The notes beneath the pieces are model-generated. The model saw only the letters and a list, made by a program, of their open reading frames with translations, had not been told where the DNA came from and did not search any database. Shown here one piece after another: positions 28,371-38,637 of a stretch of DNA of 64,000 bases; the first letter of the stretch is position 1; every line of letters starts with the position of its first letter. This stretch comes from Candidatus Bathyarchaeia archaeon (GTDB lineage Archaea > Thermoproteota > Bathyarchaeia > 40CM-2-53-6). The position numbers and the translations under genes are program-made. The stretch covers positions 384,001 to 448,000 of the forward strand of contig JBEKFP010000002.1 of the NCBI GenBank assembly GCA_050013255.1. Reading direction: 5' to 3'.

Positions 28371-29330
28371 TTGGTCGTGGTAGAAGCACAACTGACTGGG
28401 GTTTTCCCCCGCTCCGAAAAGCTTGTGGAGGCCACACGAGCCCTAACGCGAGGAAAGATTTCGCAACCCGAAGTAGATGCGATCTTCGACCAAGACCTCG
28501 CTTCTCTCGTTGACCTGCAGAGCAGCGCCTCCTTGGACATTTTAGTCGATGGCCAATTGAATTGGCAAGATGTGTTCAGACCCTTTTCTGGACTGTTCAC
28601 GGGGGTCCAATTGGGAGGCCTAACAAGATGGTTCGACAACAACACTTTCTATCGAAAACCCAACATAATTCAGAAGGTAAGTTACAAGGGAACGGATCTT
28701 AGGCGATATTTCAGGCATGAGCTGCTGCCTCGAAATTCCCGTAAGAAGGCCATTCTTCCTGGCCCATTTACGTTCGCAGCGCTTGCGCAGAACTCTGCCT
28801 GCAAGTCACTCGCGGACCTTGCTGACGACCTTGCGCACGCTCTGAGACAAACTGCTAATGAGTTACAGAAGCTAGGTTACACAGACTTTCAATTTAATGA
28901 GCCAGCACTAACCGCAAACGGGGGAAGCAGACGGGACCTTGAGGTCGCAAAGCACGCGTTTGAAGTTTGCGCGAAAGGCCTAGCCGCCCACACAATCCTA
29001 CAAACATACTTTGGCGACGCAGGACCTGTTATTGATGATTTATTGGATTATCCAGTGAATTGTATCGGGTTGGACTTCTATGCCACCTCACTTGAATCCT
29101 TGGAGCAACATGATTTCAATTTGGAATTAGGCTGCGGGTGCATCGATGGAAGAAACTCGTTACTTGAAACAGCAAATATGCTGAGTAAGTTTGTTGCTGA
29201 TGTGGACGAACGCTTAAGCCCAAAGAACATAATCGTTGGCCCCAACTGCGACTTGGATTTTCTTCCCCAAAAGGTAGCGGAACGGAAAGTCCACTTGCTA
29301 GCAGAAACCAAGAGGGAGCTGGCAACATAG
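28371..29330 (+). CDS. Cobalamin-independent methionine synthase, N-terminal-half subunit (split MetE)
   Basis: GVFPRS, DGQLNW, RWFDNNTFYRKP, LPGPFT, NEP, IDGRN; no Zn ligands. Confidence 0.8.
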   Translation: MVVVEAQLTGVFPRSEKLVEATRALTRGKISQPEVDAIFDQDLASLVDLQSSASLDILVDGQLNWQDVFRPFSGLFTGVQLGGLTRWFDNNTFYRKPNIIQKVSYKGTDLRRYFRHELLPRNSRKKAILPGPFTFAALAQNSACKSLADLADDLAHALRQTANELQKLGYTDFQFNEPALTANGGSRRDLEVAKHAFEVCAKGLAAHTILQTYFGDAGPVIDDLLDYPVNCIGLDFYATSLESLEQHDFNLELGCGCIDGRNSLLETANMLSKFVADVDERLSPKNIIVGPNCDLDFLPQKVAERKVHLLAETKRELAT

Positions 29331-30461
29331 ATGGCAAGCGCGGTATTTCCCGCACAGGAAATTGGGAGCCTGCCGAAAGCTCCTTGGTTAATTTCATACC
29401 TTCGCGGAAGGAAAATAGACCAATCTGACCTAAATCAACTATCGAAGTGGTCGAAGGCCATCGGTTTTGAAGGTGAAGCGCAGGTAAGAGACCTCCTGTC
29501 CCATGCCAAGACGCCTGAAGCCGAGGAACGTACCCGAGCGCTTGCTTCATTATTCGGTATCAGGTTTCTTGAGTCAGCTGGCCTCGAATACATTTATGAT
29601 GGCGAAGCAAACCGTATCGAAATGTACGAGCATCCAGTTCGAAACTCTGAAGGGTTCGAATTCTATGGACACGTAAGATCCTTTGACAACAGGTACTATC
29701 GGAAAGCTGCATGCGTGCGCAAGCTAGGATTCCGTGAACCGTACCATCTGAAAGAATTCCTTTTTGTGAAGAAACAGGCGAAACGCAAAGTCAAAGTCCC
29801 TGTCACTGGGCCGTACACGATAGCAGAATGGTCGTTCAACGAATATTACCAGAGGCAAAATGCGGGAAAGTATTCTGACCTACGGAAACTCAAGTTCGAA
29901 GCGAAAAGAGAATTCGTTCTCGACGTAGCTAAGGAGATCATTCGACCGAACCTCCAAGCGCTTGTCAATGCTGGCGCGGAATGGATTCAAGTAGACGAAC
30001 CTGCTCTGACAACTAAACCAGTAGAGGTCCCATTCTTCGTAGAAGCATTCAATATCTGTACGCAGGGAATTGAATGTAAATTCAGCCTGCATGTGTGCTT
30101 CAGTGATTACAGCTTACTGTACCCGCACATCATGGGAATGAAAAACTGTAGTCAACTCGCTTTGGAATTCGCCAACCGTAGCGATCAGCAGGGTGTTGCG
30201 TATGACCAGCTCAAGCTTCTCACCGAGTATGGTGACGATAGAGAAATCGGTTTGGGCGTGGCGGACGTGCATGTTGATGAGATTGAGAGCCCAGAGCTTG
30301 TTGAGGAGCGAATAAAATACGCCACGAAGCTACTTGGAGACCCAGAAAGAATCTACGTAAACCCTGATTGCGGTTTACGGACACGGTCATGGGATGTGGC
30401 ATATGCAAAACTTTCCAATATTGTGAAAGGAGCGGCTTTGGCCAGACAATCGCTTTCCTAG
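29331..30461 (+). CDS. metE: Cobalamin-independent methionine synthase, catalytic subunit
   Basis: EIGSLPK, VTGPYT, IQVDEPA, Zn ligands HVC...E and NPDCGL. Confidence 0.9.
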   Translation: MASAVFPAQEIGSLPKAPWLISYLRGRKIDQSDLNQLSKWSKAIGFEGEAQVRDLLSHAKTPEAEERTRALASLFGIRFLESAGLEYIYDGEANRIEMYEHPVRNSEGFEFYGHVRSFDNRYYRKAACVRKLGFREPYHLKEFLFVKKQAKRKVKVPVTGPYTIAEWSFNEYYQRQNAGKYSDLRKLKFEAKREFVLDVAKEIIRPNLQALVNAGAEWIQVDEPALTTKPVEVPFFVEAFNICTQGIECKFSLHVCFSDYSLLYPHIMGMKNCSQLALEFANRSDQQGVAYDQLKLLTEYGDDREIGLGVADVHVDEIESPELVEERIKYATKLLGDPERIYVNPDCGLRTRSWDVAYAKLSNIVKGAALARQSLS

Positions 30462-30591
30462 TCAAGGAATATTCGAACTCTAATTGAATGAGAGGCTCCA
30501 AGCTAACAAAATGAACCATTTTTCAGCCGCTCTACTATGCATCTAAGAAATGGATGCAAACCTGGTTTAGCAGAAAGATGAGGCACATTTC

Positions 30592-31455
30592 GTGAGAATA
30601 ACTGAAATTCTGAAGAGCAACCGGCCAATGTTCTCCCTCGAGTTTTTTCCACCAAAGACGGAGGAAGGAATGAGTGAGCTCTTTGAAACGCTGAGGGAAG
30701 CGAAGAAACTACAGCCCGGGTTTATCTCTGTTACTTACGGAGCTGGCGGCGGGACGCGGGATAAGACGATTGAGATAGTCAAGCGTGCTAAGAGAGAGAT
30801 TGGTTTGGAGAGTATGGCACACCTCACCTGCGTTGGGCATTCAAAGCAGGAAATCAAAGGGCTCTTGGACGAAATATCAACGTCGGGGATTGAAAACGTG
30901 GTTGCACTTCGTGGAGATCCCCCAAGAGGGGAACCAAGGTTCGTGCCCAATCCCTATGGATTCAGATACGCAAGCGAATTGACCGCGTTCATCCACGGCT
31001 CTTACTCCCTATGCGTCGCTGTTGCCGGTTATCCAGAGGGGCATATCGAATCGCTGGACAGGGAAACGGATTGGGGCCATCTCCAGGAAAAGGTGGAGGC
31101 TGGAGCAGATTTTATCATAACCCAACTCTTCTTTGACAACCACCATTTCTTCACTTTCGAGAGAAGCATGCGGGAGAGGGGGGTGAAAGTTCCCATCATA
31201 CCCGGTATCATGCCGATTACGAATTATAATCAAATACTGCGCTTCACCCGCATATGTGGGGCAACGATCCCCGATAAGCTGGTAAAGGATCTTGAACCTA
31301 TTCAGAACAACCTAGACGCGGTCCACCGGTACGGCGTTAAACATGCCATCCAGCAATGTGAAGAGCTTCTTGATCATGGAGTCGCTGGAATCCACTTTTA
31401 CACATTGAACAAGTCAAAGGCTACTGGGGAAATAATCAGAAGTCTAAGGGGTTAG
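30592..31455 (+). CDS. metF: 5,10-methylenetetrahydrofolate reductase
   Basis: SLEFFPPK, SVTYGAGG, HLTC, ALRGDPP, ITQLFFD, HFYTLN. Confidence 0.95.
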   Translation: MRITEILKSNRPMFSLEFFPPKTEEGMSELFETLREAKKLQPGFISVTYGAGGGTRDKTIEIVKRAKREIGLESMAHLTCVGHSKQEIKGLLDEISTSGIENVVALRGDPPRGEPRFVPNPYGFRYASELTAFIHGSYSLCVAVAGYPEGHIESLDRETDWGHLQEKVEAGADFIITQLFFDNHHFFTFERSMRERGVKVPIIPGIMPITNYNQILRFTRICGATIPDKLVKDLEPIQNNLDAVHRYGVKHAIQQCEELLDHGVAGIHFYTLNKSKATGEIIRSLRG

Positions 31456-32001
31456 CATCTTCGTCGGGTTGCCTGCGTTTCCACCCACAACCAATAGTAG
31501 CGAGTCCTTCTTGACCGCATCTCCTTCTCGAACGTGAATGGATTTGACCAGCCCACTCGTGGGAGAAGTCAGCTCGTTCTGCATTTTCATGGCTTCCAAG
31601 ATCAAGAGCGGTGTTCCGGTCTCCACAGCTTCCCCTTCCTTGACTAGGATGCTCGTTATTCGGCCAGGCATGGGAGCCCGAATGCTACCACCGACGCGTT
31701 CTTCGCCCCTGCCATGTGATGCTAACGTATAACCTCCCGCTCCGATGACGTGAACCGCGGCTTGGAACGCCGCCCCGGCAAGCCAGACATCTACTTTGTC
31801 GGTGGGCAGAATTCTGGTTTGGGCGCGGATTGTATCATTGCCTGATTGGACTAAACATGTTGAAATCGCGTGGTTCGCCAATGATTCGACGTTGAAAGTC
31901 TCGCCGTCTATTGTAACCTTAAAGTCGTGCTGTCCAGTTTGTTCGACTGCAACAGTATATGCCCTTTCGCTGAGTTGGATACTGTATGTGCGCATCGCCA
32001 T
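31444..32001 (-). CDS. Biotin carboxyl carrier protein
   Basis: APMPG...LEAMKMQNE biotinylation motif. Start moved to ATG 32001 (or 31995). Confidence 0.9.
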   Translation of the reverse strand: MAMRTYSIQLSERAYTVAVEQTGQHDFKVTIDGETFNVESLANHAISTCLVQSGNDTIRAQTRILPTDKVDVWLAGAAFQAAVHVIGAGGYTLASHGRGEERVGGSIRAPMPGRITSILVKEGEAVETGTPLLILEAMKMQNELTSPTSGLVKSIHVREGDAVKKDSLLLVVGGNAGNPTKMLTP

Positions 32002-32002
32002 C

Positions 32003-33541
32003 TCACCCGCCGTGGCCCAGCATATGGTGCGCGCGCGCCCAAGTGCGCCATTTTGATGCCTCATCCGTTTCATGCGCAGGGGGACGCGCGGGGTTCCCCA
32101 GCCTGCACGTGGCTGCAGCTACCGCCGCGAATTTTTCTAACCTGAGTAGGTTCGAGTTCAATTGTGGTAATATGCTGTTCAGGTAGGTTGTGTCGAAGTT
32201 TCCTTGGATGAAACCTTCGTCGTGCATCAATAGCTTATGCAAGGGTATTGTCGTCGGCACGCCAGCTATCTCAATCTCATCCAGCGCGACTCTCATGCGT
32301 TGAATCGCCTCCTCGCGGCCTCTTCCCCGAGTGGCCAGTTTCGCAACCATTGAGTCGTAGTATTCGGGAATAGTGTAACCTGAGAATAGTGCTGAATCAA
32401 CACGAACACCCGGCCCTGTAGGGGGGTGATAATGAATTACGGTGCCCGGTGAGGGAGCGAAATTTCTGGGATCCTCAGCATTTATTCGGCAATTGATTGC
32501 CCACCCGTTAATGTGAATTTCATTCTGGGAGAGTTCGAGTGATGATGTGGTTGCGATCTTCAATTGTTCTTCTACGAGGTCGATGTTAGTCGTCATCTCG
32601 GTTACGAGATGTTCGACTTGAAGGCGTTTGTTCACTTCGAGGAAATAGAATTCTCCGGACTTGGCAAGTAGAAACTCAACCGTCCCTGCATTTGTGTATC
32701 CGGCTGCCGACAGGCCCTTCTTGGCTGCTTCATTTAGCCGCTGCCTAAGGCCTTCGCTAACTGCAACCGAAGGGGCTTCTTCAAGGAGCTTCTGGTGCCT
32801 ACGCTGTATGCTGCATTCACGTTCGCCTAGACTGACGACTTTCCCATGTTTATCGCATAATGCTTGAATCTCAACGTGACGGGGGCTGGCCAGTCTTTTC
32901 TCAATGTAGATGTCGCCCCTCCCGAAAGCTGAGAGTGATTCGAGTTTTGTCACCCGAAAGAATCTGCGGGTTTCGTCACTGTTTTTCGCAATCCTCATTC
33001 CCCTGCCGCCACCGCCGTAGACCGCCTTCAATATGACCGGGTATCCGATGTCCTCAGCTACCCTTACTGCCTCGTCCCCGTCGTTCACCGTTCCGTCGGA
33101 ACCAGGGATCACAGGGACCCCAGCCTGACGCATAGTCTCTCTCGCTGACAATTTGTTTCCCAGCTTTTCCAGGGCCTTGCTGGACGGGCCGATGAATGTG
33201 AGGCCGTTCTCTTCGCAAGCCTTAACGAAAGAACTTTCTTCAGACAGAAAACCGTACCCCGGGTGAACGGCATCGCAACCTGTCTTGAGAGCAGCGTGCA
33301 CAAGCTTTTCGATATTCAAGTAGCTCTCCGTAGGTGTCGCCCCCCCGAGGGCGTACCTTTCATCCGCGTAGCGCAGGGGCAGTGAATCTCGGTCTGGGTC
33401 CGAGTACGTTTGAACTGTGCGAACGCCGAGCTTGCGGCACGTTCTGATAATTCTAAGCGCGATTTCGCCCCTGTTGGCGATTAGCAATTTCAAAAGCCTG
33501 GCAACCTCACTGATTCGTGGGCTTGCAAGCTGTGGCTCCAA
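32003..33541 (-). CDS. accC: Biotin carboxylase subunit
   Basis: LIANRGEIA, HPGYGFLSE, GGGGRGM, RECSIQRRHQK, RLQVEH. Confidence 0.93.
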   Translation of the reverse strand: MEPQLASPRISEVARLLKLLIANRGEIALRIIRTCRKLGVRTVQTYSDPDRDSLPLRYADERYALGGATPTESYLNIEKLVHAALKTGCDAVHPGYGFLSEESSFVKACEENGLTFIGPSSKALEKLGNKLSARETMRQAGVPVIPGSDGTVNDGDEAVRVAEDIGYPVILKAVYGGGGRGMRIAKNSDETRRFFRVTKLESLSAFGRGDIYIEKRLASPRHVEIQALCDKHGKVVSLGERECSIQRRHQKLLEEAPSVAVSEGLRQRLNEAAKKGLSAAGYTNAGTVEFLLAKSGEFYFLEVNKRLQVEHLVTEMTTNIDLVEEQLKIATTSSLELSQNEIHINGWAINCRINAEDPRNFAPSPGTVIHYHPPTGPGVRVDSALFSGYTIPEYYDSMVAKLATRGRGREEAIQRMRVALDEIEIAGVPTTIPLHKLLMHDEGFIQGNFDTTYLNSILPQLNSNLLRLEKFAAVAAATCRLGNPARPPAHETDEASKWRTWARAHHMLGHGG

Positions 33542-33556
33542 GGTTGAGTCGTGGAG

Positions 33557-35119
33557 TTAGAGGGGTGGGTTGCCGTGTTTCCTTGGTGGCTTGAGTTCGC
33601 GCTTGTTCATGGAGGCTTCCAATGCGCGTATGAGCCGAGGTCGTGTTTCTTGTGGTTCGATTACATCATCGATGTACCCGCGTTCCGCGGCCACGTATGG
33701 GTTGGCAAATCGTTCACGGTAATCCTCCACTAGCCTGTTGACCACTTGGGGATTTGCGTCTTCTGCAATTTTCTTCCTGTAGATTATTTTGATGGCGCCT
33801 TCGGGGCCCATTACGGCTATCTCAGCGGTCGGCCATGCGAAATTGAAGTCTGCCCGGATGTGCTTGCTCCCAAGGACGTCATACGCACCCCCGTATGCTT
33901 TGCGTATGATGACCGTTATTTTCGGTACAGTGGCCTCACAATAGGCGTACAACAGTTTAGCTCCGTTTTTGATGATTCCTGAGTGCTCTTGATCGATACC
34001 GGGAAGAAAGCCTGGCACGTCAACGAATGTTAGAATTGGGATGTTGAATGCGTCGCAGAATCTTATGAATCGAGCTGCCTTCATAGATGATTGGTTATCC
34101 AATGCTCCCGCGTAATGTTTAGGTTGGTTTGCGACGATGCCAACGCTCCGACCGTCCAAGCGTCCGAACCCTACGACAATGTTCCGTGCCCACTGTGCCT
34201 GCACTTCCAGAAAGGTTCCGGTATCGATGACTCTCCGAATGATCTCGTTCATGTCATATGGCCGGTCCCGATCTGATGGAACGATTGAGGCGAGTTCATG
34301 ATCCATTCTTTCCGGGTCATCGCCCATCTTTACGACGGGTGGGTCGTCGAGGTTATTCTGTGGCAGATAGGAGAGCAATGCTTTGACCGTTTGTATCGCG
34401 GCGGGTTCATCTGCGGCGAAGAAGTGGCAAACGCCTGAAAGTTGACTGTGGGCTGATGCGCCGCCTAAGGCCTCGAAGGTTACGTCTTCATTGAGCACCG
34501 ACTTGACCACATCGGGGCCAGTTACGAACATGTAACTAGTTTTGTCGACCATGACTACGAAGTCCGTAAGTGCAGGAGAATAAACTGCGCCACCAGCGCA
34601 TGGGCCCATTATTGCTGAAATTTGCGGGACGACGCCGCTTGCTTGGACGTTTCGATGGAATATTTCCGCGTAGCCTCCAAGGCTCACAACGCCTTCCTGA
34701 ATTCTTGCTCCGCCAGAATCGTTCAACCCGATTATTGGCACGCCTACCTTGATGGCGTGGTCCATGACCTTGCAAACCTTCATTGCGAATGTTTCACCCA
34801 GGGATCCCCCGAATACTGTGAAATCGTGGGCGAACACGTAGACGGTGCGGCCGTCTATCTTTCCGTGGCCTGTGACGACCCCGTCGCCTAGAACTCTACG
34901 GTCCTCCATTCCAGGTGCGACGTTCGGAGTTGTTGCGAACCGGTCGAGTTCGACGAAACTGCCCGGGTCGAGGAGAAGGTCGATTCTTTCGCGGGCCGTA
35001 AGTTTTCCCTTTGCATGCTGCTCGTCGACGCGTTCTTTTCCGCCCCCGAGGGCGGCTTTCTTCCTCAGTTCACGCAGTTGATCGATTTTTGTTTTAATTT
35101 TAGAATCGGGTTCTTTCAA
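33557..35119 (-). CDS. pccB: Acyl-CoA (propionyl/methylmalonyl-CoA) carboxyltransferase subunit
   Basis: [50 protein letters not shown]. Confidence 0.92.
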   Translation of the reverse strand: MKEPDSKIKTKIDQLRELRKKAALGGGKERVDEQHAKGKLTARERIDLLLDPGSFVELDRFATTPNVAPGMEDRRVLGDGVVTGHGKIDGRTVYVFAHDFTVFGGSLGETFAMKVCKVMDHAIKVGVPIIGLNDSGGARIQEGVVSLGGYAEIFHRNVQASGVVPQISAIMGPCAGGAVYSPALTDFVVMVDKTSYMFVTGPDVVKSVLNEDVTFEALGGASAHSQLSGVCHFFAADEPAAIQTVKALLSYLPQNNLDDPPVVKMGDDPERMDHELASIVPSDRDRPYDMNEIIRRVIDTGTFLEVQAQWARNIVVGFGRLDGRSVGIVANQPKHYAGALDNQSSMKAARFIRFCDAFNIPILTFVDVPGFLPGIDQEHSGIIKNGAKLLYAYCEATVPKITVIIRKAYGGAYDVLGSKHIRADFNFAWPTAEIAVMGPEGAIKIIYRKKIAEDANPQVVNRLVEDYRERFANPYVAAERGYIDDVIEPQETRPRLIRALEASMNKRELKPPRKHGNPPL

Positions 35120-35201
35120 TGTTCGTCGACCAAGTTTCGGTACGGGAGTTACTATTCAGCCGGCTTATCGCTTATTAGTCTGTGGCAGAGCGTGCAGCAG
35201 T

Positions 35202-36023
35202 TCAGAAGTCGGGATACTCCACGCCGACCACGGAACTTGTTTCAACCTGACGAATGGGACCCGGAACTGTTTTGATTCGAACTCGGGTGAATGATTCGTA
35301 GCCAGCCATGATTCCGGAGATTTCTTCGCCCTGGACTTTGATTCTTACTTGTCTTCCACGTGAGCAATCTAGTTCCTGCAGCAACACCTTTGCATCGTTT
35401 AGGTTGGAGGATGCTAGTTCGTAGACGTTCTCTATTTCCAGGAGGAGCAGGGCGATTATTGCTTCCCTGTCGACGGGTGAGCCGAGAAGGTCCTCGAGTG
35501 AGGTCGCTTTTGAGCTAAGCTCAGCTAGCGTGGTTGAGTGAAAGTTGGCGTTGATTCCTACGCCTAGAAGAGCATATTCTAATCGATTCCCTTTGAATTT
35601 GGTTTCAGCTAAGACGCCTGCGAGTTTACGGCCGCCAACAAAGATGTCGTTAGGCCAACGCACGCGCGCCTTGACGCCTAGGCTGGAGTTGATGGTGTTG
35701 GCTGCAGCTAGCGCGGCGATTATGGGTAGGGCGTTCAAAGGGTCGAGTGTTAAAGGTGGGCGGAGCAGGGTCGTCAACCAAATTCCGCCCCTCGGGGAAA
35801 ACCAAGGGCGGCCCTGGCGGCCACGGCCCGCGGTCTGTTCCTCGGAGAGAACAGTGTAACCGTGGGGGGCACCAGCGTTGGCGTGTTGTGCGGCCACATC
35901 GTTCGTCGAGGTGCACTTGTCAAGAATCTCCAGCCGTCGGCCTAACTGTTTCGTTCTCAGTTTTCTAAGGACTGAGTCACGGTCAAGGTTCGGAATGGGT
36001 CTCAAGCGGCGCATTTCCCACAA
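35202..36023 (-). CDS. birA: Biotin-protein ligase
   Basis: STND, QTAGRGRQGRPW, RWPND, KLAGVL, GVGIN. Confidence 0.92.
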   Translation of the reverse strand: MWEMRRLRPIPNLDRDSVLRKLRTKQLGRRLEILDKCTSTNDVAAQHANAGAPHGYTVLSEEQTAGRGRQGRPWFSPRGGIWLTTLLRPPLTLDPLNALPIIAALAAANTINSSLGVKARVRWPNDIFVGGRKLAGVLAETKFKGNRLEYALLGVGINANFHSTTLAELSSKATSLEDLLGSPVDREAIIALLLLEIENVYELASSNLNDAKVLLQELDCSRGRQVRIKVQGEEISGIMAGYESFTRVRIKTVPGPIRQVETSSVVGVEYPDF

Positions 36024-36340
36024 GCCATCGTTGTTAACGGCTCCAGAGTATCACAATGAGTTCAGCAGAAGATGACTCCTCTTTTACGCTTTTGAGGGAT
36101 ATTTCCTCACCCCGCACTCGGGACATGAAGCTCCTGAACGATGCTGACATCGGTAAGGTACACGCCTATGCACATCTCCCTGAAACAGTTTGGCGTATAG
36201 GGATTAAGCGGTCGCAAAGTGGGCGTGAAGCAGCCTTCTCCAGTTCTTTCGCAAGCGTTGAATCAAGGTCCCCGCTGGCATACCGTAGATGTTCGACAGA
36301 TTTATGTTATACATCACGTATAGCGTGGTTGGGCTTGTGG

Positions 36341-36610
36341 ATGACCGTTATCCCCATCAGATTGACCCGTAAGGATGCGAGGAAACTCGACCTACTAGTC
36401 AAACTAGGCATCTATCAAAGCAGGACGGAGGCGATAAGGTCCATGGTCAACGCCAAAGCCGACGAGCAGGTGACTCAGCATCTCGCCAACGAGAAAACCC
36501 TGCGAGTCTTGAAGAGGCTCTTAGAGTATGAGGGGAAGGAGGGCAAGAACCCCTTGCGCATATTGTCGGACAAGACTGCCGTAGAGATTGTGGCCGAGGG
36601 TAGGGAGTGA
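36341..36610 (+). CDS. Ribbon-helix-helix antitoxin (VapB-like)
   Basis: IPIRL..LDLLVKLGIYQSRTEAIR; overlaps the PIN gene start. Confidence 0.8.
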   Translation: MTVIPIRLTRKDARKLDLLVKLGIYQSRTEAIRSMVNAKADEQVTQHLANEKTLRVLKRLLEYEGKEGKNPLRILSDKTAVEIVAEGRE

Positions 36611-37149
36611 TGGCATGCTACTTGGACACAAACGTCATAGTTACTAGATACCTTCCAGCCGACCCCAACTTCCCCGCCGTCAACACGTTCTTCAAGAAAT
36701 CCCATGAAGCGAAGTATGGCTCCGAAATATCCGTTCTTGAATTGTACTGCGTATTCTCACGTCTGATTAAAGGTGGGGCGGTCTCTGTCGTCGATTACGC
36801 CAGCGAGTTCGAAAGCCTCAATGTTGACGAGAAGGTTAGAGTTTCAGTTGAACACGCCATTCAAACGTGGCGCTTGAGAGTGACCGTGCCCGAAATATCC
36901 TTCACCAAACTGCAGATTTCCAAGCAAGCAATCCAAATGGACCATCGGCTCTTTGAGGCAATCCGGGTTTCAAGCAAGCTCGGCCTTAAGACGCTTGACA
37001 CACTCCACATAGCCTTCGCGAGTACCCTAAGAGAAATCGCAATAGACCTAGAGACTTTCATAACTCTGGATGCAGAGATAATTTCTAAGCGAGAAGATAT
37101 TGAAAGCGAATTCGGAATTCAAGTAGCCAGTCCAGCTCCCGAGGCGTGA
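36607..37149 (+). CDS. vapC: PIN-domain toxin
   Basis: YLDTNV, TLDTLHIA, FITLD. Confidence 0.85.
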   Translation: MMACYLDTNVIVTRYLPADPNFPAVNTFFKKSHEAKYGSEISVLELYCVFSRLIKGGAVSVVDYASEFESLNVDEKVRVSVEHAIQTWRLRVTVPEISFTKLQISKQAIQMDHRLFEAIRVSSKLGLKTLDTLHIAFASTLREIAIDLETFITLDAEIISKREDIESEFGIQVASPAPEA

Positions 37150-37430
37150 AGCCAATGAATAAGACTACCAGAGGCGAGTGGAATTCCTTGCGCTCGGTTC
37201 TGCAGGTTAAGCGAAGCGATTGGGAGGCCTTCCTTAAGGAGTTCTCCGAATTCGCTAAGAAGTATGAACTCGTCCTTCGCAGGTTGGATTTGGCTGAGGG
37301 GAAGCGTAAGGCGCAAGACCAGAGCGTGAACCAGCAAGTGAAGACGGCTAGGAAAACCATGGGCCGGGTTCAGTCCGCGATTGAAAAACTCTGTAAGGAA
37401 ACAGAGGATGCATTACATGCCACAGGATGA
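37146..37430 (+). CDS. Small coiled-coil protein
   Basis: 94-aa helical ORF overlapping both neighbours. Confidence 0.65.
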   Translation: MKPMNKTTRGEWNSLRSVLQVKRSDWEAFLKEFSEFAKKYELVLRRLDLAEGKRKAQDQSVNQQVKTARKTMGRVQSAIEKLCKETEDALHATG

Positions 37431-37767
37431 GGAGAAACCTAAAGCCGAACTGTCAATCGCACGAGAGGACTGGGAACGCCTCGTATCCTCCCTAGAGAGA
37501 TTGATGGCACTCCAACGGAAAACCCTTCAGAGGTTGAAGGAATTGAACAGACGAAACGAAGTGCTGAGCCGGAAACTTCGAAAACCCACCTCCGCTGCTA
37601 GTCGTTCAAAACCCGCGCCGCATCACCGCATCGAGGTAACAGGTGAACTGGGGAGGGCACGCGTAGAGCCGGAGCGGGAGATAGCCGCGGCAAGGTTGAA
37701 GTGTTTATGCGGGCGTGAGCTGGCTTCTGGGGCTAAGTTCTGCGACCGGTGCGGCCGCAGCGTATGA
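37417..37767 (+). CDS. Coiled-coil protein with C-terminal Zn ribbon
   Basis: C-terminal CLCG...AKFCDRCG. Confidence 0.7.
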   Translation: MPQDEEKPKAELSIAREDWERLVSSLERLMALQRKTLQRLKELNRRNEVLSRKLRKPTSAASRSKPAPHHRIEVTGELGRARVEPEREIAAARLKCLCGRELASGAKFCDRCGRSV

Positions 37768-37769
37768 CG

Positions 37770-38048
37770 TTACTTTGGAACTCGTTTGTCCGTTTCCCGA
37801 ATAAGCCGAGTGATGGTTTCCCGCGTTTTCCGGAGCGAATCATCCATCTGACGCGAACTAGCTCCCATGTTTGCTTCCAGAGACTCAACCTTAGCCTTGG
37901 AGGCTTCACGGTCCTCCTGTAATTGCTTGTTAACCTTCTCAAGCTCATCGATTCTCTTGACGAGTTGTTGGCACCGATCCATGAGGGATTGGTTGTCCGC
38001 GAGAAAGGCCTCGAACTCTTTTCGGTCGACTGTGATGCGTTCAGACAT
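37770..38048 (-). CDS. Small coiled-coil protein
   Basis: 92-aa heptad-rich ORF. Confidence 0.7.
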   Translation of the reverse strand: MSERITVDRKEFEAFLADNQSLMDRCQQLVKRIDELEKVNKQLQEDREASKAKVESLEANMGASSRQMDDSLRKTRETITRLIRETDKRVPK

Positions 38049-38185
38049 GAGTAAGACTTGGCCCTTGATTGCAATCGTAGTATTTGAGCGATTTCGGCTG
38101 GGGATTTGCGTTTGGCCGATATTCTGAATTGAGAGGTAGAAGTTATATGTCGGGTCTACTGGTTTGCCGTACTTGTGAATATTGG

Positions 38186-38470
38186 ATGTATGTTCTAGAA
38201 GAAAAGCCGGAGCCTAATAGAACACGGGTTGAGATACTTGCGAAGATTCTGCAGGTTGCCTCGAATAGCACGCTCAAGACGCACATCATGTACAAGGCGA
38301 ACCTGAGCCACCGCCAGCTAGAGAAGTACCTGGCTTTGCTCCAGGAAAAGGGGCTGTTGGAACAGGTTGTTTTGGAGGATGGGACGAGGTACCGTGCGAC
38401 TCCGAAGGCTTACGAGTTTCTGAAGGATTACGAACGGCTAAATAGCCATCTCATAGCGGTTGCTACTTGA
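38186..38470 (+). CDS. Archaeal winged-HTH transcriptional regulator
   Basis: RTRVEILAKIL..KTHIMYKANLS..YL..L..YRATPKA. Start uncertain (38147 or 38186). Confidence 0.85.
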   Translation: MYVLEEKPEPNRTRVEILAKILQVASNSTLKTHIMYKANLSHRQLEKYLALLQEKGLLEQVVLEDGTRYRATPKAYEFLKDYERLNSHLIAVAT

Positions 38471-38516
38471 GAGTATGTGGATTTCATCAGCTGAACGAGG
38501 ACGGGCACGGTCGCAG

Positions 38517-38585
38517 TTGACAGATGTTTGTCAATAATTGTCCGGTTGATGTGCAGGAAAGTTAAGGATTAATGTTCTAGAACAT
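38517..38585. promoter_or_regulatory. Two palindromic candidate operators between tandem wHTH genes
   Basis: TTGACA-N6-TGTCAA (38517-38534) and perfect ATGTTCTAGAACAT (38572-38585). Confidence 0.45.
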
Positions 38586-38637
38586 GTATCCACAACATCC
38601 ATCATATCCCTGCCGACCTCATGTAAACGGAAGACGT

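Noticed and set aside
36056-36340. Long N-terminal extension of the RHH antitoxin ORF
   Set aside because: It does not look protein-like; the domain begins at ATG 36341.
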